Positions 52,801 to 64,000 of a stretch of DNA of 64,000 nucleotides are shown in pieces. A model generated the notes under the pieces. That model was not told the origin of the DNA, did not search any database, and worked only from the letters and a program-made list of their open reading frames with translations. Both the position numbers and the translations under genes were made by a program. Source of the DNA: Chiloscyllium plagiosum (taxonomy: Eukaryota). The number at the start of each line of letters is the position of its first letter. Position 1 is the stretch's first letter. The DNA lies in NCBI RefSeq assembly GCF_004010195.1, contig NC_057756.1, positions 467,805 to 531,804 of the forward strand, written 5' to 3'.

Positions 52801-53892
52801 CATTTAATGGAAAAGTTATGGAGCCAAAAAACATAGTTTCGTGAGTTTGCTTAAGAACCAACTACAGCAATCTTTTCATGATATGAATTTCTAACACACG
52901 CACAGCATGTGTCAATTGGAGGCAGAGTCAAATATGACCGTTTTAATAAAATTGGATAATAATCTGATGATCAAGAATATGCTGTGCTTTAGTAATAAGT
53001 ATAGGAAACTGATATTACAGAGATTTAGCACTGGTGTAGCACGTAGCATTAGTTTCATCAGGTTTGTCATTACCATTGATTTAATTATGAAGAATTGATT
53101 CGTTTCTTCAATTGATCCTCATACCTTTACTTATGATCTTCTCAGAAATTGAACACAAGTGCAAATCTGACGGTTAGTAAGTTTAAATTAATAAAATTTT
53201 GGAATTTCTTCTGAGTGGTCTACTTTAAAATTGCTATTTAATTTCATAAGCAGTGGTGGTATAGTGATCAGACGAACTGTTTAGCGAAACGATGCAGCCT
53301 TGATCATAATTTTCGTCATACTTCTAGATGCAAATAAATCAGAATATCAAACAGTCGAATACATTTTTAGGTTAAATAAAAAATGCAAATAGATCAGTGA
53401 TCTAAAAATTCCACCTGCATTGTTTAAGCTGCTTGCACCATTCTCCAATTAATTAAAATTGTACTGTGAATTGATATCCGCATTACGAGCCAATGGTAAG
53501 TGGGAATGGTTTGCCTATGCCTATGCAATTTTGAAAGAAAATTAAAGCGCAGTCTGTAAGATGTCATTGCAGTTCTGATTTATTAAAGGTATGATTCCTC
53601 TAAAATGCACTCTTGCACTTTCAGTTGTAAGAAAGGAAACGCAAACATGCATGGTATTGCAAAGAACTGCAAAGCATTTACTCTCGTGAAAACACAATTT
53701 CTAACAAACATGTGGCGTACACAGCCTTTTCACAGTTGTGTGTTGCACTGCATGTATACTGAAGTTAATTTATAAAGTTCAGGGCATTTCCTCCAGATTA
53801 TGAATCAGTTTTTTTAACGTATGTCAGGAACCTTGGAAATTAGCCAGAAGCCAAAATTGACGAACTTTGCAAGTATCAATGTGCTTTTTTTT

Positions 53893-54184
53893 AGATTAGA
53901 TTAGATTACTTACAGTGTGGAAACAGGCCCTTCGGCCCAACAAGTCCACACCGACCCGCCGAAGCGTATACCACCCAGACCCATACTCCTACATTTACCT
54001 CTTCACCTAACACTACGGACAATTTAGCATGGTCAATTCACCTAACCTGCGCATTTTGGGATTGTGGGAGAAAACCGGAGCACCCGGAGGAAACCCACAC
54101 AGCCACGGGGAGAATGTGCAAACTCCACAGAGAGAGTCGCCTGAGGCGGGAATTGAACCCGGGTCTCTGGCGCTGTGAGGCAGG
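53893..54184 (-). mobile_element. 5'-truncated HE1-like SINE flanked by ~105-bp direct repeats
   Basis: (agatt)n tail; repeats 53783-53887 and 54183-54286. Confidence 0.9.
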
Positions 54185-55153
54185 CATTTCCTCCAGATTA
54201 TGAATCAGTTTTTTTAACGTATGTCAGGAACCTTTGCATTAGCCAGAAGCCAAAATTGACGAACTTTGCAAGTATCAATGTGCTTTATGCTACACCGGAG
54301 TGTAAACACCATCAATATGTTATTTGTAGCAGTAGAATAAGACCTGATTAATTTGGACGTCCAATTTGCACTTGGAAACAATTTTTTTTACTGTATCTAA
54401 CTTTTGACTTTCCCAGATGACGTGACGAATTGTCTTTTAATTGCCTCCTGGCTCTATATATTCTGATCTCCCAATCATTTAATGTTGATTTGATTATCCT
54501 TGATACACCCCAATCAACTGCCGCTTCCATCCACTTGAGGATTAATTGTCGTATTATGGAGCAGAAAAAACAAACAAACCTGTGAACATATATATGTTTG
54601 TGGACAAGTATGAGTGCGCATGTTGGCAATGTTTACAATATTTTGACATAATTCGTCTCCAAGGCATTGACGTTGTTGCTTTAACTCAGACATAGTAAAC
54701 ACGTGACATTTTTGCCAATGCACAAAGATAAGTTTCAGTAATATTTCGAATCTGATGTGTGAAATTCCATTTTTCTTTACCACATTTAAATTTTATGTAA
54801 AATTGTGGAGGATAAAGTTCCATCAGCATTGGAATTGGAATTGTTGGTCTAGATAAATTGCATTCACAATTGTAAGATTGTTTTGAGTTGAAAATAACTG
54901 CGAGAATTCCTAATCCATAGTATTTCCATTTCCTTAGAAGTTGGTGGATGAATTCAGCAGAACCTTGAAATACTCTGCATTCGTGAACGATGCCAAATAA
55001 ATGGGAATTAAGTTTTCATTACTGTGCAGACAATCACGTCAGGCCATTCAACTTTGATCCAAGTACTTATGACTCTTAGGTCATCGAATTTAATTTATGA
55101 AGGTGTATCAACACTGTAAATAACCTGAATTGTATTTTTTTTCATCAATTCAG

Positions 55154-55180
55154 ATGAACGTCTGCGTGATGCAAAAGAAG
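55154..55180 (+). CDS. Micro-exon 14 (27 nt); DERLRDAKE
   Basis: catcaattcag|ATGAACGTCTGCGTGATGCAAAAGAAG|gtattg. Confidence 0.85.
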
Positions 55181-55431
55181 GTATTGATCACATCGTAATC
55201 AGAGCTATATACATCCCGATTTGCATCTGGACTTGTATATAGCTTTCATTTCACTTTCAAATTTATTGCATAAGAATGACTTGTCAGTGACATCTCAGTT
55301 TAAATTTCATTATCTCCAGCATTTCAAAATATTATAAAATGTTTATTTTATTTCTCCATGTGTTTATTCTGTGGAAGGAGACAGGCTCAAAACGTGCTGG
55401 AATGTTTACGTCTAATATGTGCACTAAACTT

Positions 55432-55925
55432 GGGTGGCATGGTGGCTCAGTGGTTAGCACTGCTGCCTCACCGCATCAGCGTCCCAGATTCGATTCCAGC
55501 CTCGGGCGACTGTCTGTGTGGGGTTTCGGCCTCTCCCTACAGCTCCAACCCTGGCAACGTCCTTGTAAATCTTTTCTGAACTTTTTAAAGTTTTGCTACA
55601 TCCTTCCGATACTAGAAGAAGGTGAGGAGTGCAGATGCTGGAGAGTCGAGAAGTGTGGTGAAAAACCACAGCAGGTCAGAAAGCATTTGAAAAGCAGGAA
55701 AGTTGATGTTTCAGGCATAAGCCCTTCATCAAGAATGCCCTGATGAAGGGATTATACCCGAATCATCGACTCTCCTGCTGCTTGGATATTGCCTGATCTG
55801 CTGTGCTTTTCCACATGCTTCCGATAGAAGGGAGATGAGAATTGCAACAACATTCCAAAGTGGTCTCGTCAATGTCCTGTACAGCCACAGCATGGCTCCC
55901 AACTCCTATACTCGATGCTCCAACC
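55432..55925. mobile_element. SINE 5' half joined to a minus-strand CR1 piece containing a Penelope-tail hairpin (55615-55815)
   Basis: ggtggctcagtggttagc; cctggcaacgtccttgtaaatc; cccttcatcaag..ctgatgaaggg inverted arms. Confidence 0.7.
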
Positions 55926-56290
55926 TCCCCTAGAACTGCAAATTATTTGGTCCGGCTTCATATAATGACCCTACTTCAGAAATTCCTCTTCCTTTCTTTA
56001 TTTGTTTTGGTTTGTTTCAATGTTTATTTCTATAAATTATTTCCACACTTGCCAGCCTTTCAGGAAATCTATTCCAATTGAAGTCCATGCAGTGATGGAA
56101 CCAAATGCATCCAATAACCTTTACTTTTTGACAGAATTTTTCAGAAGACTTTGTGTTGTCATCAGTGGAAACAAGTTCTCATTCCTACCTTGGTCAGACA
56201 AGTCATGGTCGTTAATCCCTTTTTTCTTTGTTGTAATGGAAATTATTTAATAACGATAATGATTCTAATTTTTATTATTACTGTCTTCAG

Positions 56291-56326
56291 AAATTCAGAG
56301 GTTGAGGATGGATTTGAAGGATTGCG
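56291..56326 (+). CDS. Micro-exon 15 (36 nt); EIQRLRMDLKDC
   Basis: ctgtcttcag|AAATTCAGAGGTTGAGGATGGATTTGAAGGATTGCG|gtaagg. Confidence 0.88.
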
Positions 56327-57068
56327 GTAAGGAGATGGATTATTGATGAATGTTATATTAAGGTGTGTTTTTGCAGCTTCGTTCTTTTGTAAATAACCGT
56401 CTAGCCTACTTAAAAAGGGGCAGTTATCACCCTAATCGGTATGGCATGATACTGCTTATACCATGAAAAAGAAACGTTCGACCGATAGAACTAAATCGGG
56501 ATTATTTCTAGTATCATTTAGCAGAATCACAATAAGTTACATAGGCAAGTGTCAGGACTCTACTCAACCATTTTAAAATAACTTTGTGCATATATTAGAG
56601 ATAAGGGCGTTCAGATTCATAAATTCAAGTGTATCATTTACTTTGACGATTGATCATACATTTCATCGATGACTACAGATTCAAAGCACACTTGTTAGCA
56701 ATCCCAGTACACAGTCTGAAATGTTAGAAATTCCTATAATCGTTATCTGTCGAATTCTGAAAACGAAAATAATATGAATTCTATGCTACTTACTGACCAG
56801 TAGTAATCAAATTGAATGGAGTGACTTAACGGACTGATTCGTCGACTGATTATACTTTTAGTTCAATGTGAACTTACCATGGGATAGTATTTATTCATCC
56901 ATGCCAAATTCTGTGTACCTGGATAATCTTTTCTTTCACACATTAAATGCAATGTGTAGAAAAAAGGCAAATTATATTCTGTTTCAAGGAAAAACAAATG
57001 CATTGCGAATGTATGAGCCACCTTGTTTTCGAGATGTCAACTTAATTTGATATCAATTGTATTCACAG

Positions 57069-57086
57069 AGGAGAACGCTTGCAATA
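57069..57086 (+). CDS. Micro-exon 16 (18 nt, shortened Cys exon); EENACN
   Basis: gtattcacag|AGGAGAACGCTTGCAATA|gtgagt; acceptor/start cacag|AGGA matches exon 4. Confidence 0.72.
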
Positions 57087-57451
57087 GTGAGTCAGCGACA
57101 ACATTTTTTTCCTGTGACATATCTTTTCGACGGATATTCTTTCTTTAAGCATTAGAGGTGGGCCTTGTTAATTGGTCAGTATTATAATAATTTGGCATTA
57201 TACCATTTTACCAAACTGCATCACCCAGATACCAAATATAACACATCTGACATTCAATCCTGTTAAATACAATGGATGTAAATATGCAACGGCAGAGTTT
57301 TGTTGGCGACCAATGCGTGAATACTAAACTCCATTGCATCTCCCTAGAATAATATGTAATCTTGCCGAGTGCAGCCTTTTATTGAACAGTGCTAAGCTGC
57401 TCATTAACCCATTTTGAACTATTCTGCAAATAATTTCTCTTTTTATTTAAG

Positions 57452-57478
57452 AGATCGAAGACCTTCTTCAAAATATAG
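57452..57478 (+). CDS. Micro-exon 17 (27 nt); KIEDLLQNI
   Basis: ctctttttatttaag|AGATCGAAGACCTTCTTCAAAATATAG|gtaagc. Confidence 0.87.
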   Translation, partial: RSKTFFKI

Positions 57479-58959
57479 GTAAGCAATTAATGTCTTGAGG
57501 TGGATGTTGCAAAGTTACTTGTTAGTTGTTGGTATAAGAATGATATATTCTCCCTATATTTTGTTAGTAACACAGAAATTAGTTAGGTCCCATAGTGTGA
57601 TCAAGATCATTGATATTTTTAGTCAGCCATTGAATTCAATTTAAATTTTGAGAAACTATCAATGTTAGTTGGAAAGCAGTTGTAAACTAAATTTGTTTTT
57701 TCAATTAATTTGCATCTAAAGTCATTGAAAGTTACGATTGGAAAACAACTCGATAATGTAAAAAAAGAAATTGCTGCAGTTATAAGATGATAATAGTTAA
57801 AGAGATTCCTCAGGAGGAGTCGGAACTTTACTACTCACAATGAACATTTCTGCATCAATTGAAATGAAAGAACATCGTGAACATTTTGTACTGCCGAAAT
57901 GTTGCAATCCATGAAGTGAAATTGCAGAATGGCATTTTGGTGTCAAAGCGAAGCATATCTCGAGTCCACAGCAACCAGAGCATCAACTATAGAATGAATC
58001 TCATCAGTATGGAACATATTGGCACGAGTTATCCAGGAACACGTTACCAACAACACAGAGAACTGGCTATATCTTCTACCAATCAAATAGCAGAGAATGT
58101 GTGGTTATACGAATCAGGGATTAGCATCCAGGTAAGGAGTTGATTTTACTTTATTTACATGTTGTCACATGTGCTTTGTTACAAAATACAGTGAAAGGTG
58201 AAACATGATGTCAACTCTCTGGTGCCAACTTAAAACAGAAGAACAGACAAAAACATAGAATATAAATGCTGAAAACAATGAAATAGAAAACAAAATAATG
58301 AAGAGATAAAGGCAAAGTGGTCAAATGTACAGTTCTTCTTGTTAAGTGCTCCACCATAGGCTGGTTGGATAGCCACGAATACGCTTTGCTGTGACCCTGC
58401 GGTTGGAACAACTGTCGCCATTCTTGAGCGCCATCTCAGCTCCACCGATGCTGTCACCCTCGCAGGACTTCGCCAATGCAGACACCATTGATGCTCACTG
58501 CTAACGCAGCAGCACAAACTCAACTATACCACAGCCTTGAGTTTGCTTTGGGCTTGCTTCACTGATGCGGCTACTGCTGATACTGTAGGGTTTAGTACTA
58601 GATGCAAACCCACTTCTGCCAACGCTTCCAAGAATTTGCATTGGACATAGAAGCTTCTGGGATCTCAAACCAGACCCCACCTAAGCAACCATGATTCGGC
58701 GTGAAGACCATCTCGGCAATGCAGAAGTTGCAGCAATCCAACTAGTCTTTGACGCTGCTGTCATGAACTCGCACTGCTGGGCCCAATCGCTGCCCCTGGA
58801 GCCGTTGCTGTGGCTGAGCTCTTCAAACTCAGATAAGTAAATAAAAAGGGAAAAAAGAAGGGAGAGAGAGAGAGAGAAAGGAATGAAATGCAAAGTTGCC
58901 CGAGTGGATGAGCCCTGGGCTCACAGGCCTTACTCCACTGGTCTGTTTCTCAAAAAGTC

Positions 58960-59285
58960 ATAGACTAATAGAGTCCCGACAGGGTAAAAGGATTCCATTT
59001 GACCCATCCAGTCTGCACTAACCCTCTGAACAGTGCCCACCCAGACCTAACCCCCTGCCCAATTCCTGGAACCCTGTATTTTGGCATGGCCAATCCACAT
59101 AACATGCTAATCCATGGCCTCTATGGGACAATTTATCATGGTCAATCCACCTAACATGCACATCTTTGGACTGCCGGCAGAAACTGGAGAAACTGGTGGA
59201 AACCCATGCAGACAGACATGGGAAGAATGTGCAAGCTCCAAACAAGACAGTTAACCAAAAGGGAATCGAGTCGGGTTGATCAACC
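58960..59285 (-). mobile_element. HE1-like SINE (degraded)
   Basis: catctttggactg, aacccatgcagac, aatgtgcaagctcca. Confidence 0.7.
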
Positions 59286-60370
59286 ATTGATGTAACTTTA
59301 ATCAGCAGGATCACTGACTGAACAATGGAACAGTATAAATGATTAATAAGCTAATGGTGCAGGATAGGCATTGCAGTTAGGAACACAACCATCAGTCAAA
59401 GCATGATTAAGTAAATAGGAAAATAACAATTTGGCGAGAGTAGATACTCAACTAAGTGAGAAGAGGAGAAGTGAGAGACTACTAAGTGTATTGATTTTTG
59501 CAAGAGCACTGCAAAATCAGCAGTGCACTTATATTTCAATGTAAGCATTGTCAACGGAAGCCTTATAGCTGTGAAAGATAGCTAACAGTGTATGCGAGTT
59601 GGTTTACATCACAGATCACAATGGAGTAGTAATAAATATTATCATTTAAAAATATTTTTGGAGCAGGCTTAAGTACAGATTTGGCTACCTGAAACAAAGT
59701 ACGCATGGCTGATTAGGCAAATGATGCAGGTGTAAAAGAGTGAAATTCTCAGGAGGATTTATGTCCAGTCTGGATATCAGTATCGTTGCCCCCCAAAAAA
59801 GAAGCTCCTGAACTATTTAAGAGAAAAGTTAAATGATTGGATTATTTAGCACAAAGGAAACACGTTCCTGTGGAGATATGTGTATATTATTAAACTCAGG
59901 ATATTCAATAAAATCTCGCAGTGACAAAGAAGAGCTGTTGCATTCAGGTCAAGTGGGAAAACAAAATAAAGCAATGCCTGAGCATTTGGTGCACTAGGGT
60001 GTGGAGAGAAGGAGCCAGTCGAAATATGATCCTGTTGACTCATCATGTAAACAGATTTCTGAACAGCATGAAAGGGTTATGAGTTAAAGATCTGCTAATG
60101 TCACTCTGACACTGCACACTTTTGGAAGTGAACATTACTTGTGATAATCTGTTCAATTCTTTAACTGTTAATCTATTTTGAGGGAAATATGATTTGCTTA
60201 TTGGACTCATTGTCGTGATTCTTGGAATCTAATTCATTATATATTTCAGAATAAGCGAAACAACTTCATTTCCACACTGGAAAGTAGGATATTGCATTGT
60301 AAAAATGTGTTATTCTTGTTAACAGGAGTTAAATGATACATAATTATCAGTACTGCTATCACTTTTTCAG

Positions 60371-60397
60371 CAAGCAAGTTACTAGAAAAAGAGAAAG
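60371..60397 (+). CDS. Micro-exon 18 (27 nt); ASKLLEKEK
   Basis: actttttcag|CAAGCAAGTTACTAGAAAAAGAGAAAG|gtaact; found where the repeat pattern predicted a LxKDK-type exon. Confidence 0.85.
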
Positions 60398-60679
60398 GTA
60401 ACTACCGAACATCTTCATAAGTTCTTCTGCTATAACAGTGTTGATATACATATATATAGGTATCGGATATTTTAACATCACAATGATGAATTGTTTTGTG
60501 GCAGCTGCACTCAACTGGAAATCTTCAGCTTCTGATTGAAACATATCTCACTTCGCATTTTTCTTCTGTTTAATTATACTATTTCTTCCTTACAGTCACT
60601 GTCAAAACCAACAAATGCTTCCCAAATTATCCTGAAGGAGATGGAGATATGTCACCTTCCTGAATAGTTGAAAAACGCA

Positions 60680-63350
60680 GATGTAACAGAATTCTTGTTA
60701 TGGGTAACTTCAACTTCCCCAATATTGATTGGAACTTCCTTAGTGCAGATGGTCCGGATGAAGCCGATTTTGTCAGCTGTGTCCACGAGGGATTCTTGAC
60801 TCAATATGTAGATAGGCCGACTAAGGGGAAGGCCATATTTGATTTGGTGCTAGGCAACGAGCCAAGCCGGGTGTCAGATCTCTCGGTGGGAGAGCATTTT
60901 GTTGATAGTGATCACTACTACCTCACCATTACCATTGTCATGGAAAGGGATGGTGTGGTGTAAAATTCCAAGCAGTGGAATGTGGTGAAACGGTTAAAAA
61001 TTATGTCCCAATACATGTGTGGAGAGCATTTTGTTGATAGTGATCACTACTACCTCACCATTACCATTGTCATGGAGAGGGATGGGAACAGTATGTGTCA
61101 GTATTTAACTAGGCAACCGAAATTATACTGCTATTAGAGGGGAGCTGTGGAGAGTAAATTGGGAACAATTGTTTTATGGGAAATGCACAACAGAAATGAG
61201 GAGGCTGTAAAAGGAGCACTTGTTGCAAGTGTTGAATAACTTTGACCAGCTGAGACAGGCAAAGAATTGTAAGATGAAGAAGCCTTGGATGACAAGAGCA
61301 GAGAAGCGTGTCGTCTAAAGGAAGAAAGAAACTTACATAAGGTTGAGGAAGAAGCAAGGGTCTGGCACAGCTTTAGAGGATTACAGGGTAGCTCGGAAAG
61401 AACTCAAAAATAGACTGAGGAAAGCGAAGAGAGGGCACAACAAAGCTTTGGCGGGAACATAGAAGAACTTGAAGAATCAGAAAATGATCAGAGAGAGGGC
61501 AGGACCGATCAAGAAATGTGGAGGACACTAGTGCTTACAGTCTGAAGAGATATGGGAGGCCTAATGAGTTTTTTGTTTCTGTATTCATGAGAGAGAGGGA
61601 GTTTGTTGATAATGAGGACACCGTGGACCAGGTTAATAGGCTTGAACTGATTGATATTAAGGAAGTGGATGTACTGACAATTCTGGGAAGCATAGGTTCC
61701 CAGCGCCAGACCAGATATATCCAAGGCTACTATGGGAAATGAGGAATGATTTTGCTGCACCACTGGCTATGTCCTTTGCATCCTCACTCTCCAAGGGAGT
61801 AGTACTGAATGATTGAAGGGAGGCAAATATTGTTCCTCTGTTCAAGAAAGGGAATGGGGAAATCCCTGAGAATTGCGGACCAGTCAGTTTTATGTCTGTG
61901 GTAAGCAAGGTACTGGAAAGGATTCTGAGAGAGAAATTATGACCGCTTGGAAAAACATAGCTTCGTTAAATATAGTCAGCATGGCTTTATGTGGGCAGGT
62001 CATGCCTCACAAGTGTTATTGAGTTCTTTGAGGATGTGATGAAACAAGTTGACGAAGGTCGAACAGTAGATGTGGTGTACATGGATTTCAGTGAGGCATT
62101 TGATAAGGTTCCCCACGGTAGGCTCATTCATAAAGTTAGGAGGTATTGCATACAGGGAATTTGGCTAGCTGTATAAAGAACCAGCTGGACAGAAAAGGAC
62201 AGCAAGTTTTAGTCGATGAGAAGTATTCTGCTTGGAGGCAGATGACCTTTGGTGTCCTGCAGGGATTTGTTCTTTAGCTTCTGCTCTGTATAGTTTTTAT
62301 AAATAACACAGATGAAGAGTGGAAGAGTGGATTAGTATGTTTGCCGATGACAGAAACGTTAGTCGTGTTATAGATAGTAGGCAAAAGTGAGGACTGCAGA
62401 TTAGAGTCGAGAGTGTGGTGCTGGAAAAGCACAGCAGGTCAGGCAGTATCCGAGGAGCAGAAAAATCGACGTTTCGGGCAAAATCCCTGCTTCAGAAATG
62501 AGGGCTCATTCGTGTTATAGACAGTGTGGGGAGCTGTTGCAAGCTATAACAAGACATTGCCAGGACGCAGATCTGGGCTGAGAAGTGGCAAATGGAGTTC
62601 AACCTGGATAAGTGTGATGTGGTTTATTTTGGAAAGTCGGATTTGAATGCTGAATACAGGGTTAAAACCTGGATTCTTGGAAATTTGGAGGATCAGTGGG
62701 ATGTTGATGTCCATGTACGTAGATAGTTACCACCCAAGTTTATAGGGTTATTAAGAAGGTGTATGGTGTTTTGGCTTTCATTAACATGGTAATTGAGTTC
62801 AATAGGCAACAGGTTTTGTTGCAGCTGTATAAAACCCTGGTTAGACCACTCTTGGAATTTTGTGTCCAGTTCTGGTCGCCTCATTATAGGAAGGATGTAG
62901 ATGCTTTCGGGAGGGTGCAAAGGAGATTTTCCAGGATGCTATCTGGATTGGAGAGCGTCTCTTCTAAAGAGAGGTTGAGTGAGCTAGTGCTTTTCACACT
63001 GGAGACAAAAATGAAGAGAGGTGACTTGATAGAGCTGTACAAGGTAATGAGAGACATAGATAGAGTTGGCACCAAAAGACATTTCCCAAAGGCAGAAACG
63101 GCTGTCACGAGGAGTCTGGGAGATGTCAGAGGTACGTTGTTTACACAGAAAGTGGCGGGTTCTTGAAACGCACTGCCAGCGGTGGAAGTAGAGTCATAGA
63201 CATTAGGGGCATTTAATTGATTGTTAGAGAATACCATGAAAGGCAGTTAATTGAGGGCTATGTAGCTTAGGCTGTTCTTAGATTAAGATAAATGCTTGGC
63301 ATAACATTGTGATCCGATGGGCCTATAATGCTGTACTATTATGTTCTATG
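60680..63350 (+). mobile_element. CR1 LINE ORF2, decayed; internal ~64-bp duplication (60890-60953 / 61021-61085)
   Basis: MGNFNFPNIDW, HFVDSDH, VYMDFSEAFDKVPHGRL, RPLLEFCVQFWSPHYRKD, RGDLIELYK. Confidence 0.92.
62379..62509 (-). mobile_element. Penelope-tail insertion into CR1 with 16-bp TSD
   Basis: tcgtgttataga(t/c)agt at 62363-62378 and 62510-62525. Confidence 0.8.
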
Positions 63351-64000
63351 GTGTGGTATCGGCGCATCAATGGAGTTTTCAAGCATTTTTCCCCCAACTG
63401 ATATCACTGAAAATGCATATCTGGAAGGCAGTGCACCATCCTCTAATGTAATATGGTCAATTTTCAGTCCAAATCAGGTGGCATTATAACAAAATTAATT
63501 CTAATATTTATGTTAACAGTGTACATTCTGAATATATATCCATGCATATTCTATGATGTAAAATAAATGTGAAAAATTAATTCCTGAATAATTATAATTT
63601 GAACAATCAAAGTGAACTTGCTTTTGAATGAAAGCTTCATCTGATAGTCCTTCATGCTTCTATGTAAACACTTATTATTTTCAGTAATAAAGTAATTGTC
63701 GTCAGTAAGTAAACATCCATCCCGATCCTGCAGAGCAGCATGCCTGGAGAATTGCCTTCTGCATCTGAAATTGAAAAGAATGCATTTTTCTTTGGGATAA
63801 CTGTCCGACCATGAGTCTGTCTGCTTGCTGATTAATTGACTTCGCAGCAGTAAAGTTCAGATTTCAGTTACTACATAGGCAGTTTTTCTTTCTCATGCAG
63901 AATTATGCACATTTGCAACAAAAGGCTCAACTGGTTTTCTTTACATTATTTCTCCCTACCTTATTCTTATTTAAGGAGAGAAATATTCAAACTTTGCTTT

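Noticed and set aside
53469..53495. 27-nt segment ELISALRAN followed by gtaagt
   Set aside because: Preceded by TG rather than AG and no slot is free in the cassette; at most a dead exon.
58096..58131. 36-nt segment before a strong caggtaagg donor
   Set aside because: In-frame TAG.
2465..60397. Assigning a gene symbol (butyrophilin/BG, triadin, myosin, golgin)
   Set aside because: No diagnostic domain lies in the window; the similarity is only architectural or compositional.
63901..63924. Strong acceptor near the window end
   Set aside because: No convincing GT donor nearby, and the peptide does not match the expected xIRRLK-type exon.

Overview
This is eukaryotic (vertebrate) genomic DNA. 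It is most likely from a cartilaginous fish, inferred from tRNA-derived HE1-like SINEs, abundant CR1 LINEs and Penelope-like elements. Most long ORFs in the supplied track are decayed retroelement fragments or spurious. The main signal, which the ORF track misses, is a + strand gene built from micro-exons. Eighteen AG..GT-bounded, symmetric phase-1 exons of 27, 36 or 18 nt lie between 2465 and 60397. They splice to 522 nt (174 codons) of stop-free, Pro/Gly-free, coiled-coil-like peptide with a nested 4-exon/8-exon repeat and a periodic Cys. Neither end of the gene is in the window and I cannot name it. The introns contain CR1 LINEs, HE1-like SINEs, Rex1-like fragments, a decayed Gypsy LTR element (Gmr1-like order, tRNA-Pro PBS) and Penelope-like elements carrying minimal hammerhead ribozyme motifs. 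One of these is a TSD-flanked near-perfect hairpin and another is a 4.3 kb rearranged composite. Exon, TSD and ribozyme coordinates were counted by hand. Boundaries of decayed TEs are approximate. There are N-gaps at 3006-3013 and 33631-33795.
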